Source of the DNA: Abditibacterium sp.
Lineage (GTDB): Bacteria > Armatimonadota > Abditibacteriia > Abditibacteriales > Abditibacteriaceae
Assembly (NCBI GenBank): GCA_965260925.1
Contig: CBDHBZ010000008.1
Location: 1,493,005-1,557,004, forward strand
Direction of reading: 5' to 3'
Length of the DNA stretch: 64,000 nucleotides
Shown here: one piece after another, positions 44,142 through 53,760 of the stretch
Layout of the letters: each line of letters begins with the position of its first letter
Position numbering within the stretch: position 1 is the stretch's first letter
Program-made: the position numbers and the translations under genes
The notes under the pieces: generated by a model
The model's input: the letters and a program-made list of their open reading frames with translations, nothing else
Databases searched by the model: none
Told to the model about the DNA's origin: nothing

Positions 44142-45503
44142 TCAATCTTGCGAAGTGTTCAGCCCTTGCGTCTCGGCAGAATCGTCTGGCGTCCGCTGTT
44201 TGGGTTTCCAGCGCGGATGTTCGCTCGAAACCAAATCCAGTTCGCTGGCCTCGCGCCCGGTGCGCTCGAAAAACGCGAGCGCCAGACGCGCTTGCTTGAG
44301 TTTCGCGGCCCAACCCTCTTCGCCCAACCGGATCAGAGTTTCGCCGTGCCGTTTGAGCGCGCCTTTGTCGCTGATGCGCAGAGCGGCCGCGCTGTTTTCA
44401 TCCAGATAAACGCGGCGCAAATCCCAAAATTTGCCCGCGCCCGCGCCCTCGCTCATGCCCTCGCCGCTTTGGCGCGCGACCAGCGCGTTGTCGGCGCTTA
44501 GAGCCGCTTCCAACTGGCGCGCGCGCTTCCACTGCGCGGCCGGTAGCGCCTTGCCCGTGGCGGGTTGCAGTTCGGGCGAAGTCAACATATCGAGGCCGCT
44601 ATCTTTGCGATCGGCGCGTCGAAAAGCGACGCCCTGCGCGTCCACAACCCACCAGGTCGTGCCCGCACCGACCTGCAAAATCGGCTGGCGTTCGGTGATT
44701 TGCACCTTCATGTGCGGCGGCCAACTCCAGCCGCGCGCGATGCGCGCGTCGGCCACAATGGGCACCGCTTTGAGTTGGGTTTCCAGACGCGCTCTGGGCG
44801 CGCGAAACACGTTGCGCCCGATCAGCTCGCCCGCCAGCGCCTTGACTTTGGCGGGCGGCGCGCCCCGCGTGCCGGTGATTTCGACGCGATCCACCTCGAA
44901 CTGCGGCGCCGTTAGCGCGGTGCCCAGCCCCCAGACGCTCAGCAAAACGGTGCCCGCCAGAGCGGCGCGCCCAACGATGCGGCGCACGCGGCCTTTCTTG
45001 CGCGCCAGAGCCGCGCGCGCCATCGAATTTTGCGCGGCGGTATCCCATGCGCTGGGCGGCGCGGCGGCGCCCGGTTTCACCGGTTTGTGCGCGACCGCGT
45101 GCGGTTTTTTCTCGTGATAATGCGGCGCGTGCTGCTTGAGCCGCCGCCGCGCCCGCCGCGAATCGGCGCCGCGCGCCGGACGCGCGCGCGCTTCGGCCCG
45201 GACGCGCCCATTCGGCAAACGCTCGAACGGATCGGGCGCATTAGTCGCAGGCGCACCGGCCGCAGGCGCATGGCTCGCAGGCATACTGCGCGCGGGCGGT
45301 TCCAATTCGCTATCGGCGCGTTCGTCGGGCGCGTTGAGGCCCGGTTGCGGCAACGGCGCGGTTTCGTCGAAGGGCGATTCGGCATCGCGTTCCGAGGCCC
45401 CGGTGCGAAAGCGTTCGGCGGGCGATTGCAAACGGCGAAGCGGCGGCGCTTCGGTTTCGTCGGCGAGGATTTCGGGCGGGATATTCTGGAACGGAGAGGG
45501 CAT
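44142..45503 (-). CDS. ftsQ: FtsQ/DivIB-like POTRA-domain protein with a long disordered N-terminus
   Basis: TM segment, then FEVDRVEITGTRGAPPAKVKALAGELIGRNVFRAPRARLETQLKAVPIVADARIARGWSWPPHMKVQITERQP (POTRA_1-like). Confidence 0.6.
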   Translation of the reverse strand: MPSPFQNIPPEILADETEAPPLRRLQSPAERFRTGASERDAESPFDETAPLPQPGLNAPDERADSELEPPARSMPASHAPAAGAPATNAPDPFERLPNGRVRAEARARPARGADSRRARRRLKQHAPHYHEKKPHAVAHKPVKPGAAAPPSAWDTAAQNSMARAALARKKGRVRRIVGRAALAGTVLLSVWGLGTALTAPQFEVDRVEITGTRGAPPAKVKALAGELIGRNVFRAPRARLETQLKAVPIVADARIARGWSWPPHMKVQITERQPILQVGAGTTWWVVDAQGVAFRRADRKDSGLDMLTSPELQPATGKALPAAQWKRARQLEAALSADNALVARQSGEGMSEGAGAGKFWDLRRVYLDENSAAALRISDKGALKRHGETLIRLGEEGWAAKLKQARLALAFFERTGREASELDLVSSEHPRWKPKQRTPDDSAETQGLNTSQD

Positions 45504-45642
45504 GGCGGCGATGAAAGGCGATGATGAGAGGAAACGCGCCTTTTAATTTTGCCAGAAATTCGTGGCGCGTGCGCGAAAATTTGCGAAATTTAGCAAGAGT
45601 CGCGCAACCAAGCGATCACGACCCGAAGGGTCTGCAAACGCG

Positions 45643-45696
45643 CGACACCAGCCACGTCCCACAACGTTTTTAAGCGCCGCAGGACGTGGCTGGTGT
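45643..45696. repeat. Dispersed palindromic element
   Basis: CGACACCAGCCACGTCC, a 22-nt loop, GGACGTGGCTGGTGT. Confidence 0.9.
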
Positions 45697-45904
45697 TCGC
45701 CAAACGAAACGGCGATTCTCACCAAAACGACGAACCCATTCATCACAATTCAACCGCGTCACTCCCGTTTAGAACGCGCTCAAAAATCGCACTTCGACCA
45801 TCGACAGCTTATGCGAATTGCCCCGATTCGCCAGTCGATCGCTCCTCTGGCCAAAAGCCCGTTTTAGAAGCCGCATTAAAAATTAAGGCGCCCGATAGTC
45901 GCGC

Positions 45905-48400
45905 TCACAAAATTGTCAGCGCGTCCACATCGACCGTCAAACCTTCTTTGTCTTCGCGCGGCAACTCGTCGTAAACCTTGAGCAGACGGTGCAAGCGCGG
46001 GCGGCTGCGGTCGCGCAGCAACAGATGAAAGCGAAATTTGTTCTTGACGCGCGCCAGAGGACACGAAACCGGCCCCAGCAAATCGGTGCCCGGATCGCGC
46101 ACGATCGCCGCCTGCAGCCGCGCCGCCAAGCGTTCCACTTTGGCGCGCGCCGTCGCCTCGTCTTCGTGGCTCGAAATCAGGTTCACCACGTGCGAGAACG
46201 GCGGATTGGGAATCTGCTCGCGGTTCTCGATTTCCTGCGCGACAAAAGTGGCGAAATCGTGCCCCGCCGCCGTCGTAATGGCGATGTCGTCGGCGGCCAA
46301 AGTCTGCACCAGCACGCGCCCCGGCGAGGAGCCACGCCCGGCGCGTCCGGCGACCTGCGCCAACAACTGAAAGGTGCGCTCTGAGGCCCGAAAGTCCGGC
46401 ACGTTGAGCGCGGTATCGGCGGAAATCACGCCGACCAGAGTCACGCGCGGGAAATCCAGACCTTTGGTCACCATCTGCGTGCCGATCAAAACCTGCGCGC
46501 GGCCCGCGCGGAAATCGCCCAAAATCTGGCCGTGCGCGCCTTTGGTCGAAGTCGTGTCACGATCCAAACGCAGCGATTTCACGCCCGCCAGACCGCGTTC
46601 GGCCAGCAGTTCGTCCACGGCTTTCTCGACTTTTTCCGTGCCCGAACCCGAAAACGACAGCATCCAACCATCGCACTTCGGGCAGTGCCCCGGAACGGGC
46701 GCGACGTGATCGCAGTGATGGCAGCGCAACGTGCCCTCGGCCTTGTGATGCGTCAGCGAAACGTCGCAGTTGGGGCAACGCTCGGCATGGCCGCAGCCCA
46801 AACATTGCACGTAAGTCGCAAAGCCGCGCCGGTTGAGAAACAGAATCACCTGCTCGTCGCGCTTAACGGTTTCGCAAATTTCGTCTTTGAGGCGGCGCGA
46901 CAACACCGGCAAAGCGCCCTGCTGCGCTTCCGATGTCATGTCCACGATTTCGACTGCGGGCAAAGCGCGCCCGGCGACGCGCTTGCGCATATAAAGATGG
47001 CGATACTCGCCGCGCGTGGCGCGCGAAAACGACTCCAGACTCGGCGTCGCCGAACCCAAAAGCAAAACCGCGCCTTCCAACGCGCAACGTTTAAGCGCGA
47101 CTTCGCGCGCGTGATAGCGCGGCGTTTTGTCCTGTTTATAGGAGCCGTCGTGCTCTTCGTCGATGATAATCAGGCCGACGTTGCGCAGTGGCGCGAAGAT
47201 CGCCGAGCGCGCGCCGACGACGATGGGCGCGTCGCCGCGTCCGGCGCGGCGCCATTCGTCGAAACGCTCGCCCGCCGACAGCGCCGAATGCAAAATGGCG
47301 ACTTTGCTGCCGAATCGCTTCTGGAAAATGTCCACCGTCTGCGCCGTCAAAGCGATTTCGGGCACCAGCAACAACGCGTTTTTGCCCAAATCCAGACATT
47401 TCTCGATGGCCGCCAGATAAACCTCGGTTTTGCCCGAAGCCGTCACGCCCTGCAGCAAAACGGTTTGCGGCGCGTCGGGATTGCACAGCGAATCCGAAAT
47501 CTGCGCGACCGCATCGGCCTGTTCGGGCGTGAAAGTCACGTTCATCGCCTGCGGCTGGACGACGCCATTGGGCAAGCGCAAGGTTTCGACTTGCTCGATG
47601 GCGACCAACCCGCGCGCCGCCAAGGAGCGAATCGCGCCCGAATCGATGCCCGCTTCGTGGTGCAATTGCGGAATCGGCAGCCAATCGTCGGTGCGCGCGG
47701 CGATGGGCGCCAACTTTTCCAGCGCCTGCGCCTGTTTGGGCGCGCGCTTTTGCAGCGCCGCGAGCGCGTTGGCGTCGGCGAGCAAATCCAATCCGGCGCG
47801 CGCGATTTTGACCGACGAAACCAACTTGGCGCGCACGGGCGGGCGCGGCGCCTCGCTTGAAATGCCCAACACTCCGGCTTCGCACAGGCGCCGCAACTGT
47901 TCGGGTTCGGCGACGCCGCCGATCGCTTTGCCGATGTCGCGCGCGTTGAGCGGCTTTTTCGCTTCCCAGATCGCGTTGGCCATCGAGAACAGTTTGGGAG
48001 TGCGGCTCAAGTCGCGGAGGGCGCGCAGCGGTTCGGGCGCGACGATTTCGTAGCGCACATCGAGCGCCGGAGTTGCGCCCGCCGGAACCCAGCCCGCCAA
48101 AGCATCGGGCAAAGCGCAATGATAATACGCGCTCATCCAGCGCGCGATTTTGAGCGCGAGTTCGTCGAACAACGGCTCGTCGCTCAGGCGCGCTTCGACC
48201 GGCTTGAGTTGACTAACGTCGAATTCGAGCGTATCGGTGAAACCAGTGAGAAAGCCGACGGCGCGCCCACTGCGCAACGGCACGACAACCGGCTGGCCGA
48301 TTTGCCAGTCCGAAATGCCGGGCGGCAACGCGTAAGTCAGTTCACGATCGAGACCCGCGACGGTGCGTTCGAGCGAAATCAATCCATAGCGGGCGAGCAT
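45905..48400 (-). CDS. priA: Primosomal replication-restart helicase PriA
   Basis: LLQGVTASGKTEVYL (Walker A), IIIDEEHD, Cys cluster CLGCGHAERCPNCDVSLTHHKAEGTLRCHHCDH...CPKCDG, GTQMVTKGLDFP. Confidence 0.92.
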   Translation of the reverse strand: MLARYGLISLERTVAGLDRELTYALPPGISDWQIGQPVVVPLRSGRAVGFLTGFTDTLEFDVSQLKPVEARLSDEPLFDELALKIARWMSAYYHCALPDALAGWVPAGATPALDVRYEIVAPEPLRALRDLSRTPKLFSMANAIWEAKKPLNARDIGKAIGGVAEPEQLRRLCEAGVLGISSEAPRPPVRAKLVSSVKIARAGLDLLADANALAALQKRAPKQAQALEKLAPIAARTDDWLPIPQLHHEAGIDSGAIRSLAARGLVAIEQVETLRLPNGVVQPQAMNVTFTPEQADAVAQISDSLCNPDAPQTVLLQGVTASGKTEVYLAAIEKCLDLGKNALLLVPEIALTAQTVDIFQKRFGSKVAILHSALSAGERFDEWRRAGRGDAPIVVGARSAIFAPLRNVGLIIIDEEHDGSYKQDKTPRYHAREVALKRCALEGAVLLLGSATPSLESFSRATRGEYRHLYMRKRVAGRALPAVEIVDMTSEAQQGALPVLSRRLKDEICETVKRDEQVILFLNRRGFATYVQCLGCGHAERCPNCDVSLTHHKAEGTLRCHHCDHVAPVPGHCPKCDGWMLSFSGSGTEKVEKAVDELLAERGLAGVKSLRLDRDTTSTKGAHGQILGDFRAGRAQVLIGTQMVTKGLDFPRVTLVGVISADTALNVPDFRASERTFQLLAQVAGRAGRGSSPGRVLVQTLAADDIAITTAAGHDFATFVAQEIENREQIPNPPFSHVVNLISSHEDEATARAKVERLAARLQAAIVRDPGTDLLGPVSCPLARVKNKFRFHLLLRDRSRPRLHRLLKVYDELPREDKEGLTVDVDALTIL

Positions 48401-48640
48401 AACGGCCGCACAGTTTACAATCGCGCGGGGCGCCGGGGCGCGCGGATTTCGGGTGGCGCCAGTAACTTGCTGCGGAGTTGTTCATTAGACCTCTTGCAAA
48501 AGTGTTCTCTTTTAGCTTCTGGTAGCGGCGGCGGGGTGCCGCCGCTACCGTAACTTTGACGCTCAAATTCGATGGATGCAAGAGAATTACTCAGCGGTGT
48601 CGAGTTGAGATTGAAGCCGGTAGAACTCACGCTTGCAGGC

Positions 48641-48711
48641 GCGACACCAGCCACGTCTCACGGCGCAGTTGCACCAACCTCAACCGCGTCATAAGACGTG
48701 GCTGGTGTCGC
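48641..48711. repeat. Dispersed palindromic element (longer loop)
   Basis: GCGACACCAGCCACGTCT (48641-48658) ... AGACGTGGCTGGTGTCGC (48694-48711). Confidence 0.9.
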
Positions 48712-48734
48712 ACGCTCTATATCAGTAAGCACGC

Positions 48735-48765
48735 ACGAAAAAGGACGAACCCGAAGGTTCGTCCT
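48735..48765 (-). terminator. Rho-independent terminator of the Met/Asn-rich protein gene
   Basis: On the minus strand: AGGACGAACC-TTCG-GGTTCGTCCT followed by TTTTTCG. Confidence 0.75.
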
Positions 48766-48788
48766 TTCTGCTCTGGCGTCGGCGGAAC

Positions 48789-49865
48789 TTACATTCCGTT
48801 GTTCATCATGCCGCCGCTGTTGTTCATCATGGTGCCGTTGTTGTTCATCATGGCGCCGTTGTTGTTCATCATGGCGCCGTTGTTCATCATCGAACCATTA
48901 TCCATCATGGCGCCACTGTTCATCATGGCGCCGCTGTTGGTCATCGCGCTCTGATTGGTGTTCATCGACATGTCATAGGGCATGTAACCCATCGAGTTGG
49001 CCTGCACCGACATATCCTTGGGCGCTTTGCCACCCAGGAAGTTGACGTTGAAGCCCAACAGAGGTTTGCGGCTGGACATGACTTTGCCAAAACCGAGCGG
49101 GCCGAGCGATTGGCCGTTCACCGAGATTCCGGTGGCGGCAACGCGCTCCTCGAAGGGGCTGATGACGCCGTAGAGCGGCACTTCTTTGTAACCACGAGCC
49201 ACAACGTAAGCGTTCTGGAAGAGCGGCGTAACGCCGGTTGGCGAAGTCGAGGCCTGTATCAGACGGTTCTGCATCGGAATGCGAACCAGGGTTTTATTGT
49301 CCAAGACGATGCCCAGAATTTCGCCGTTGGCGGGATCGGAAATGTAGCCGGTCAGCATGCCGCGATATTCTTTGACTTTGGCGCCAATAGAAATATAGGG
49401 CGTCGACTTCAAAACGTCAACCGGATCGATGTCCATCGGCATCATCATCGAGGTGGGAGTGGGCATATCCGGCCCGGTGCCCGCCAAATCGTAGGAGGTC
49501 ATGCTGCCCATCATGCGCGAGGTCACGTAAACGCTGGCGTTGGAGCCGACCGGATAAAGCGCGGTAACGCGCTGGGCCATCGAGGGCGCAAAACGCACCA
49601 TTTTGACGCCATCGGCGGTCATAACGTCCATCGCACTGACGTATCCGGCGCGATCAACGTAGTAGTTTTGCACGGTGCCCGAAACCAGAGTCGGCATCAT
49701 GGTCGGCGAAGTCATGGGCGAGTTCATCATCGAGCCATTATTCATCATGGCGCCATCGTTCATCATGGTGCCGCTGTCCATCGCCTGCGCGTGCGCGCCA
49801 GTCGCTCCGGCGAGAGCCATCGCCGTCATCGCCGTTCCAATCGTGAGTTTCTTGAGTAATGTCAT
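48789..49865 (-). CDS. Secreted protein with Met/Asn-rich low-complexity termini, unknown function
   Basis: Signal peptide MTLLKKLTIGTAMTAMALAGATGAHAQA. N-terminal MDSGTMMNDGAMMNNGSMMNS; C-terminal NSGAMMNSGAMMDNGSMMNNGAMMNNNGAMMNNNGTMMNNSGGMMNNGM. Confidence 0.6.
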   Translation of the reverse strand: MTLLKKLTIGTAMTAMALAGATGAHAQAMDSGTMMNDGAMMNNGSMMNSPMTSPTMMPTLVSGTVQNYYVDRAGYVSAMDVMTADGVKMVRFAPSMAQRVTALYPVGSNASVYVTSRMMGSMTSYDLAGTGPDMPTPTSMMMPMDIDPVDVLKSTPYISIGAKVKEYRGMLTGYISDPANGEILGIVLDNKTLVRIPMQNRLIQASTSPTGVTPLFQNAYVVARGYKEVPLYGVISPFEERVAATGISVNGQSLGPLGFGKVMSSRKPLLGFNVNFLGGKAPKDMSVQANSMGYMPYDMSMNTNQSAMTNSGAMMNSGAMMDNGSMMNNGAMMNNNGAMMNNNGTMMNNSGGMMNNGM

Positions 49866-50087
49866 TTTGGTTTTTCCTCTGAGGATTTTCTGCCGTCTTC
49901 TTACTTTAATGCTTAAGCCGTTAAAGCGCAAGCGGCCAGTCGATAGAATAAGTTGCAAATGGGATACCAGCAGCAGAATACAAGCTGCGAGTTGGCACGA
50001 TGCAAGTTGCGGGCAAAAATTGGGATGCGCTTCGGCGCTTTTATCAGACCGTCCAAATCTCGTGTTTATCTGCAACTCGCAACGGCC

Positions 50088-50804
50088 CTACACTCCGCGT
50101 TTGTTGCCCCACAACAGAACGTGCAGTTGCGGCGTGAGCGTTACGTCGAACCATTTCTCCCGCGCGCACCGTTCCAGCAACCATTCCAAGTGCCGGGTTA
50201 AAGCGGCGTTGTCGGCCTCGCGTCCGGTCATCACCGAATCGTTGCCGACCGACAGATAAAACGGCACAGCGGGATGCAGTTGGGAAACGCGGCGCGCGAA
50301 ACAAAAATCGGCTTCGTCGAAAACCACGATTTTAATCGAGATTTGCGTGTCGCGCGCGCCGACACCAGCCACGTCCAAACAGCGTTGCAGGCTCTCCTGC
50401 GAAAACTCCATGCCCGACGACGGCGGCTTGGGCGATAACACCAGATGATCCAGTTCGCCCAACCATTCGGGCGCGCGGCTCGCCTGCGTTTCCAGGGCGA
50501 AACTGTGCCCGCGCGCGTGCCCCAACTCCAGCAGTTCGCCCAGCGGTTGCAGCGCCGGGTTGCCGCCCGAAAGCGTGACGGTAATCGGCGCGTCGCCGCT
50601 CAAACGCTCGATCTCTTCTATAATAACGCGCGCCTCCATTTGGGTCCAATCGGCTTTGTGTTGCGGCAAAACCGCGTAAAGCGTATCACAAAAACTGCAG
50701 CGGAAATCGCAGCCGCCCGTGCGCACGAAAACCGTCGGGCGCCCGATGAGCGCGCCCTCGCCCTGAATCGTCGGGCCAAATATCTCGGAAACTAAAATCG
50801 ACAT
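50088..50804 (-). CDS. queE: 7-carboxy-7-deazaguanine synthase (radical SAM)
   Basis: SEIFGPTIQGEGALIGRPTVFVRTGGCDFRCSFCDT. Confidence 0.85.
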   Translation of the reverse strand: MSILVSEIFGPTIQGEGALIGRPTVFVRTGGCDFRCSFCDTLYAVLPQHKADWTQMEARVIIEEIERLSGDAPITVTLSGGNPALQPLGELLELGHARGHSFALETQASRAPEWLGELDHLVLSPKPPSSGMEFSQESLQRCLDVAGVGARDTQISIKIVVFDEADFCFARRVSQLHPAVPFYLSVGNDSVMTGREADNAALTRHLEWLLERCAREKWFDVTLTPQLHVLLWGNKRGV

Positions 50805-50861
50805 CTGCCAAAGTAGACGCTCGAAAACTGTTGTCGCCAGCAGAAATTTCGCCGGTCGCGT

Positions 50862-51401
50862 TCAAGATTCCAACAATCCCCGCTCAATTAAAAACGCGTG
50901 CAGCGGATGATCGGGCGCGGTAAAAGCGGCGACGCTCGCGGCGAACCCGCGCGTATCGTCGAGCGCCAGCCAAACCCATAACTTCGGCGCGGACGCGCAG
51001 GTCACGAGCGCGTAGGGAAAGCCGAACCATCCGTAGCGCACGCGCGACACCTGCGACCACGCGACTTCCTGGGGCGTCGTCCAAAACGTGACGGCGCGCA
51101 AACCCCAACGCCCGACTTTGAGCGGCAAAAATCGCCACACATAAGCGCATAGTACGAGCGTCAAAACCACCGCAATCAGCAGCAATACCGGCGCGTCGGC
51201 GACCATATCAACCCGAAATTGCTCCGCGCCCAGGATATAGAACAAACCCAAAATGACGCCGGCGAACAAAACAGATAACACCAGCGTGGACAGACAGTAA
51301 AGCCAGAAACGCACCCGGAATTCGCGCACCTCCGCGCCCTCGAAATGTCGGCGCGGCTTTTCGTTGGGATCGGCAATCGGCGGCGTTGGTGTGGGCTGCA
51401 T
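50862..51401 (-). CDS. Membrane protein, unknown function
   Basis: Two long hydrophobic segments followed by a soluble domain. No motif recognised. Confidence 0.4.
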   Translation of the reverse strand: MQPTPTPPIADPNEKPRRHFEGAEVREFRVRFWLYCLSTLVLSVLFAGVILGLFYILGAEQFRVDMVADAPVLLLIAVVLTLVLCAYVWRFLPLKVGRWGLRAVTFWTTPQEVAWSQVSRVRYGWFGFPYALVTCASAPKLWVWLALDDTRGFAASVAAFTAPDHPLHAFLIERGLLES

Positions 51402-51595
51402 GAGCGGGCAGTTTCGTATTTTGGCCGCGATAATGCCAATTTTTTCACAAATTTGGCGGCCAATTTCATCGTTTCGCCAAACGTCTGAACTGAGCTGGCG
51501 CCCTGCACCGATCAGAAAGCAATACGCTCGCCCGCCGGTCGTGAATCGATGAAATCGTTACTTGCAAAGACCCCCAATTTTGCCTGAGAAACGCG

Positions 51596-51641
51596 CGACA
51601 CCAGCCACGTTTGAAAACGCCGTAGGACGTGGCTGGTATCG
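51596..51641. repeat. Dispersed palindromic element
   Basis: CGACACCAGCCACGT ... GGACGTGGCTGGTATCG. Confidence 0.9.
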
Positions 51642-51710
51642 CAGATTTCTCAAGTCCGCAGAAGTCTTCAATCCCGTTAAATCGTTATTCGCTCTGCGCG
51701 AGTGTAAGGC

Positions 51711-51838
51711 CATCCGAACGGGAAGTTCGTAGTAGCGCCGCAAGGCGCGTGGAAGGTTGAAATCTCCGAACTTTAACAGTGTTCACGCGCCTTGCGGCGC
51801 TACTACGAACTCCTCACTACGAACTCCCCGTTCGGATG
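51711..51838. repeat. Nested inverted repeat, variant of the GTTCGTAGTAGCG.CGCAAG.CGCG family
   Basis: CATCCGAACGGGAAGTTCGTAGTAGCGCCGCAAGGCGCGTG (51711-51751) pairs with CACGCGCCTTGCGGCGCTACTACGAACT...CCCCGTTCGGATG (51784-51838). The right arm has a CTACGAACT duplication. Confidence 0.85.
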
Positions 51839-51907
51839 ATCGCTTACTAAGCGCAGCTTTGCGCTTCTTGAGAAGTTTGCGCCGCCCCGCGAGCGTATAC
51901 TCTCTCC

Positions 51908-52360
51908 ATGTATTTTTGCGGGAGACGATGGTGGCTGAGCGCGGCGTTACTGCTGTTGCTGGCGTTGTCGTCGCCCCTGACGTGGTTGGTGCAGGGCGCT
52001 CCAAGCGCCGCGCCGTGCGCGACTCTTTGCGCGATGCCGTGCTGCCCGCCAAACGCGGCGCCGGTCGCGGCGCCAGTCGCGCCGCCAGTCGCGCCGCCCT
52101 GCTGTCATATCGCGCCCGTGCCGCCTGACGTCGCGGTTTTGGCGCCCGCGCGCGTTTCGTTTGCCCGCACGACAGCGATCGTTGCGCCCGCGACGACGAG
52201 TTCTTTCCGACCGCCGCTTGTGGGAACGGCGCCCAGTTTTCCCGTTGAAATCGCGTTGCCGCCGCCCCAGGCGGCCCGCAGGCGCACCGATTCTTGTCGC
52301 GCTCCGCCCGCGAAAGCGGACAATTATCAACGCGACCAGAAGGAGGTGAAACCCCTATGA
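51908..52360 (+). CDS. Cys/Pro-rich protein with an N-terminal hydrophobic anchor, unknown function
   Basis: WWLSAALLLLLALSSPLTWLV, then CATLCAMPCCPP and PPCCH. G/C-ending codon usage looks coding. The stop overlaps the start of the Cys-rich peptide (ATGA). Confidence 0.4.
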   Translation: MYFCGRRWWLSAALLLLLALSSPLTWLVQGAPSAAPCATLCAMPCCPPNAAPVAAPVAPPVAPPCCHIAPVPPDVAVLAPARVSFARTTAIVAPATTSSFRPPLVGTAPSFPVEIALPPPQAARRRTDSCRAPPAKADNYQRDQKEVKPL

Positions 52361-52452
52361 TGATCGAACTCACGGCCTCGTGCTGCTGCGAAGATTGCGG
52401 CGGAAGCTGCGCCGACGGCACCTGCACCTGTTCCTGCTGCGGCGGCAAGTAA
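52357..52452 (+). CDS. 31-aa cysteine-rich peptide (metallothionein-like or RiPP-precursor-like)
   Basis: Hand translation: MMIELTASCCCEDCGGSCADGTCTCSCCGGK (10 Cys). AGGAGGTGA (52341-52349) lies 7 nt upstream of ATG 52357. A terminator hairpin follows. Too short to appear in the ORF track. Confidence 0.55.
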   Translation: MMIELTASCCCEDCGGSCADGTCTCSCCGGK

Positions 52453-52464
52453 AGCCACCCGGCC

Positions 52465-52504
52465 ACGACGCCTCACACCAGCAATGGTGTGAGGCGTCGT
52501 TGTT
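52465..52504 (+). terminator. Stem-loop terminator after the Cys-rich peptide
   Basis: ACGACGCCTCACACC-AGCAAT-GGTGTGAGGCGTCGT, then TGTT (15-bp stem, weak U tract). Confidence 0.55.
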
Positions 52505-52550
52505 CTAAATGCGCGCATGGGGCGCCGCTCCTTCGATTGCGCGGCGAGCG

Positions 52551-53690
52551 TTATTCGCCGCGCGCCGCGCGCGCGCATTTGACCAGACCTTCGCCAAAGC
52601 GCGCGGGCGTCCAATCCGCGATGAGGGCGCGCGAGGCCGCGCCCAACTCGGCGCGGCGCGCCGGAGAAATTTCGTGCGCCAGATAACTCATGCGCTCGCT
52701 CAAAGCGTCGGCGCGCGTCGGGTCGAAGCTCCAGCCGTTGCGCCCGTCTTCCAGCAGTTCGGGCGCGCAACCGCAATTGCGCGCCAGCAAAATCGGCAGC
52801 CCACACGCCATCGCTTCGTTGACGACCAAACCCCACTGCTCCTGCAACGGCGCGTGAACAAAAGCGCCCGCGCCCGCCATCCAGCGCGCGACTTCGTTTT
52901 GCTGCACGAATCCGGTGAAATGAACGCCCTCCAACCCGGTTTTGCGCGCCACTTCGCGCAGGTGGTTTTCCTCTTCGCCCGCGCCGCACAACACCAAATC
53001 CCACGCGGTCTGATCCGCGAAATTGCGCGCGGCGTTTGCCCGGTAATCGCTCCACGCCTCGATGACGCGCGCCAAATTCTTGCGCTCGATAAATCGATTC
53101 ACCGTCAGAAAATAAGGCCGCTCGGTAGGACGCCCCTGTTGTCGCCATTCGTCGGCGAGCGCGGCGTAAGCGGCGTTATCAACGACATCGTAGCCGTCGA
53201 AAATGCGATTGGCGGCGATGCCCAACTCTTGCAGATAAAGTTTGTGCGCCGCGCCGCCGACCAGAGCGGCATCGAAGCGCCGCACGATGCGCTTTTTGAT
53301 CGCCTCTTTCCACTTTTTGCGCGGCGCGTCGTCGCGTTTGCTCTCCGACATCAAAACCGCGATTTTGCGGTTACGGTTGCACCAACGCAGCGCCGCGCGC
53401 ATTTCGGCGCGCTCGTAACCACAAATCGCCACGACATCGGGGCGCATTTCGTTCAAATATGCGATTAATCGCCGGCACATCGTTTTAGTCGAGATCTCTT
53501 CGAGCGTGCCCGAAAGCAAAGTTTCGAGCGCGAACCCCAGGTTTTCGCGCGCGGTCTGCCACGGATAAAGCGCCTCCTGCGCGGCGATTTCGAGTCCGAC
53601 GCACGAACAAAACTCGCTTTGCGCCGCCGCGCCGCGCAGACGCGCCAGGTGATAAGGGCCGAAGTTGGGGAAAATAACCAGAAGTTTCAC
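52551..53690 (-). CDS. Glycosyltransferase family 4 (GT-B fold)
   Basis: FVHAPLQEQWGLVVNEAMACGLPILLARNCGCAPELLEDGRNGWSFDP (EX7E region). Confidence 0.8.
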   Translation of the reverse strand: MKLLVIFPNFGPYHLARLRGAAAQSEFCSCVGLEIAAQEALYPWQTARENLGFALETLLSGTLEEISTKTMCRRLIAYLNEMRPDVVAICGYERAEMRAALRWCNRNRKIAVLMSESKRDDAPRKKWKEAIKKRIVRRFDAALVGGAAHKLYLQELGIAANRIFDGYDVVDNAAYAALADEWRQQGRPTERPYFLTVNRFIERKNLARVIEAWSDYRANAARNFADQTAWDLVLCGAGEEENHLREVARKTGLEGVHFTGFVQQNEVARWMAGAGAFVHAPLQEQWGLVVNEAMACGLPILLARNCGCAPELLEDGRNGWSFDPTRADALSERMSYLAHEISPARRAELGAASRALIADWTPARFGEGLVKCARAARGE

Positions 53691-53760
53691 GAGGAGAAGT
53701 GTGGCGCGCCGAGGGCGCGAGCGCGACGAGTGGAAGCATCGAACTTGCTATTTGGTTTTG

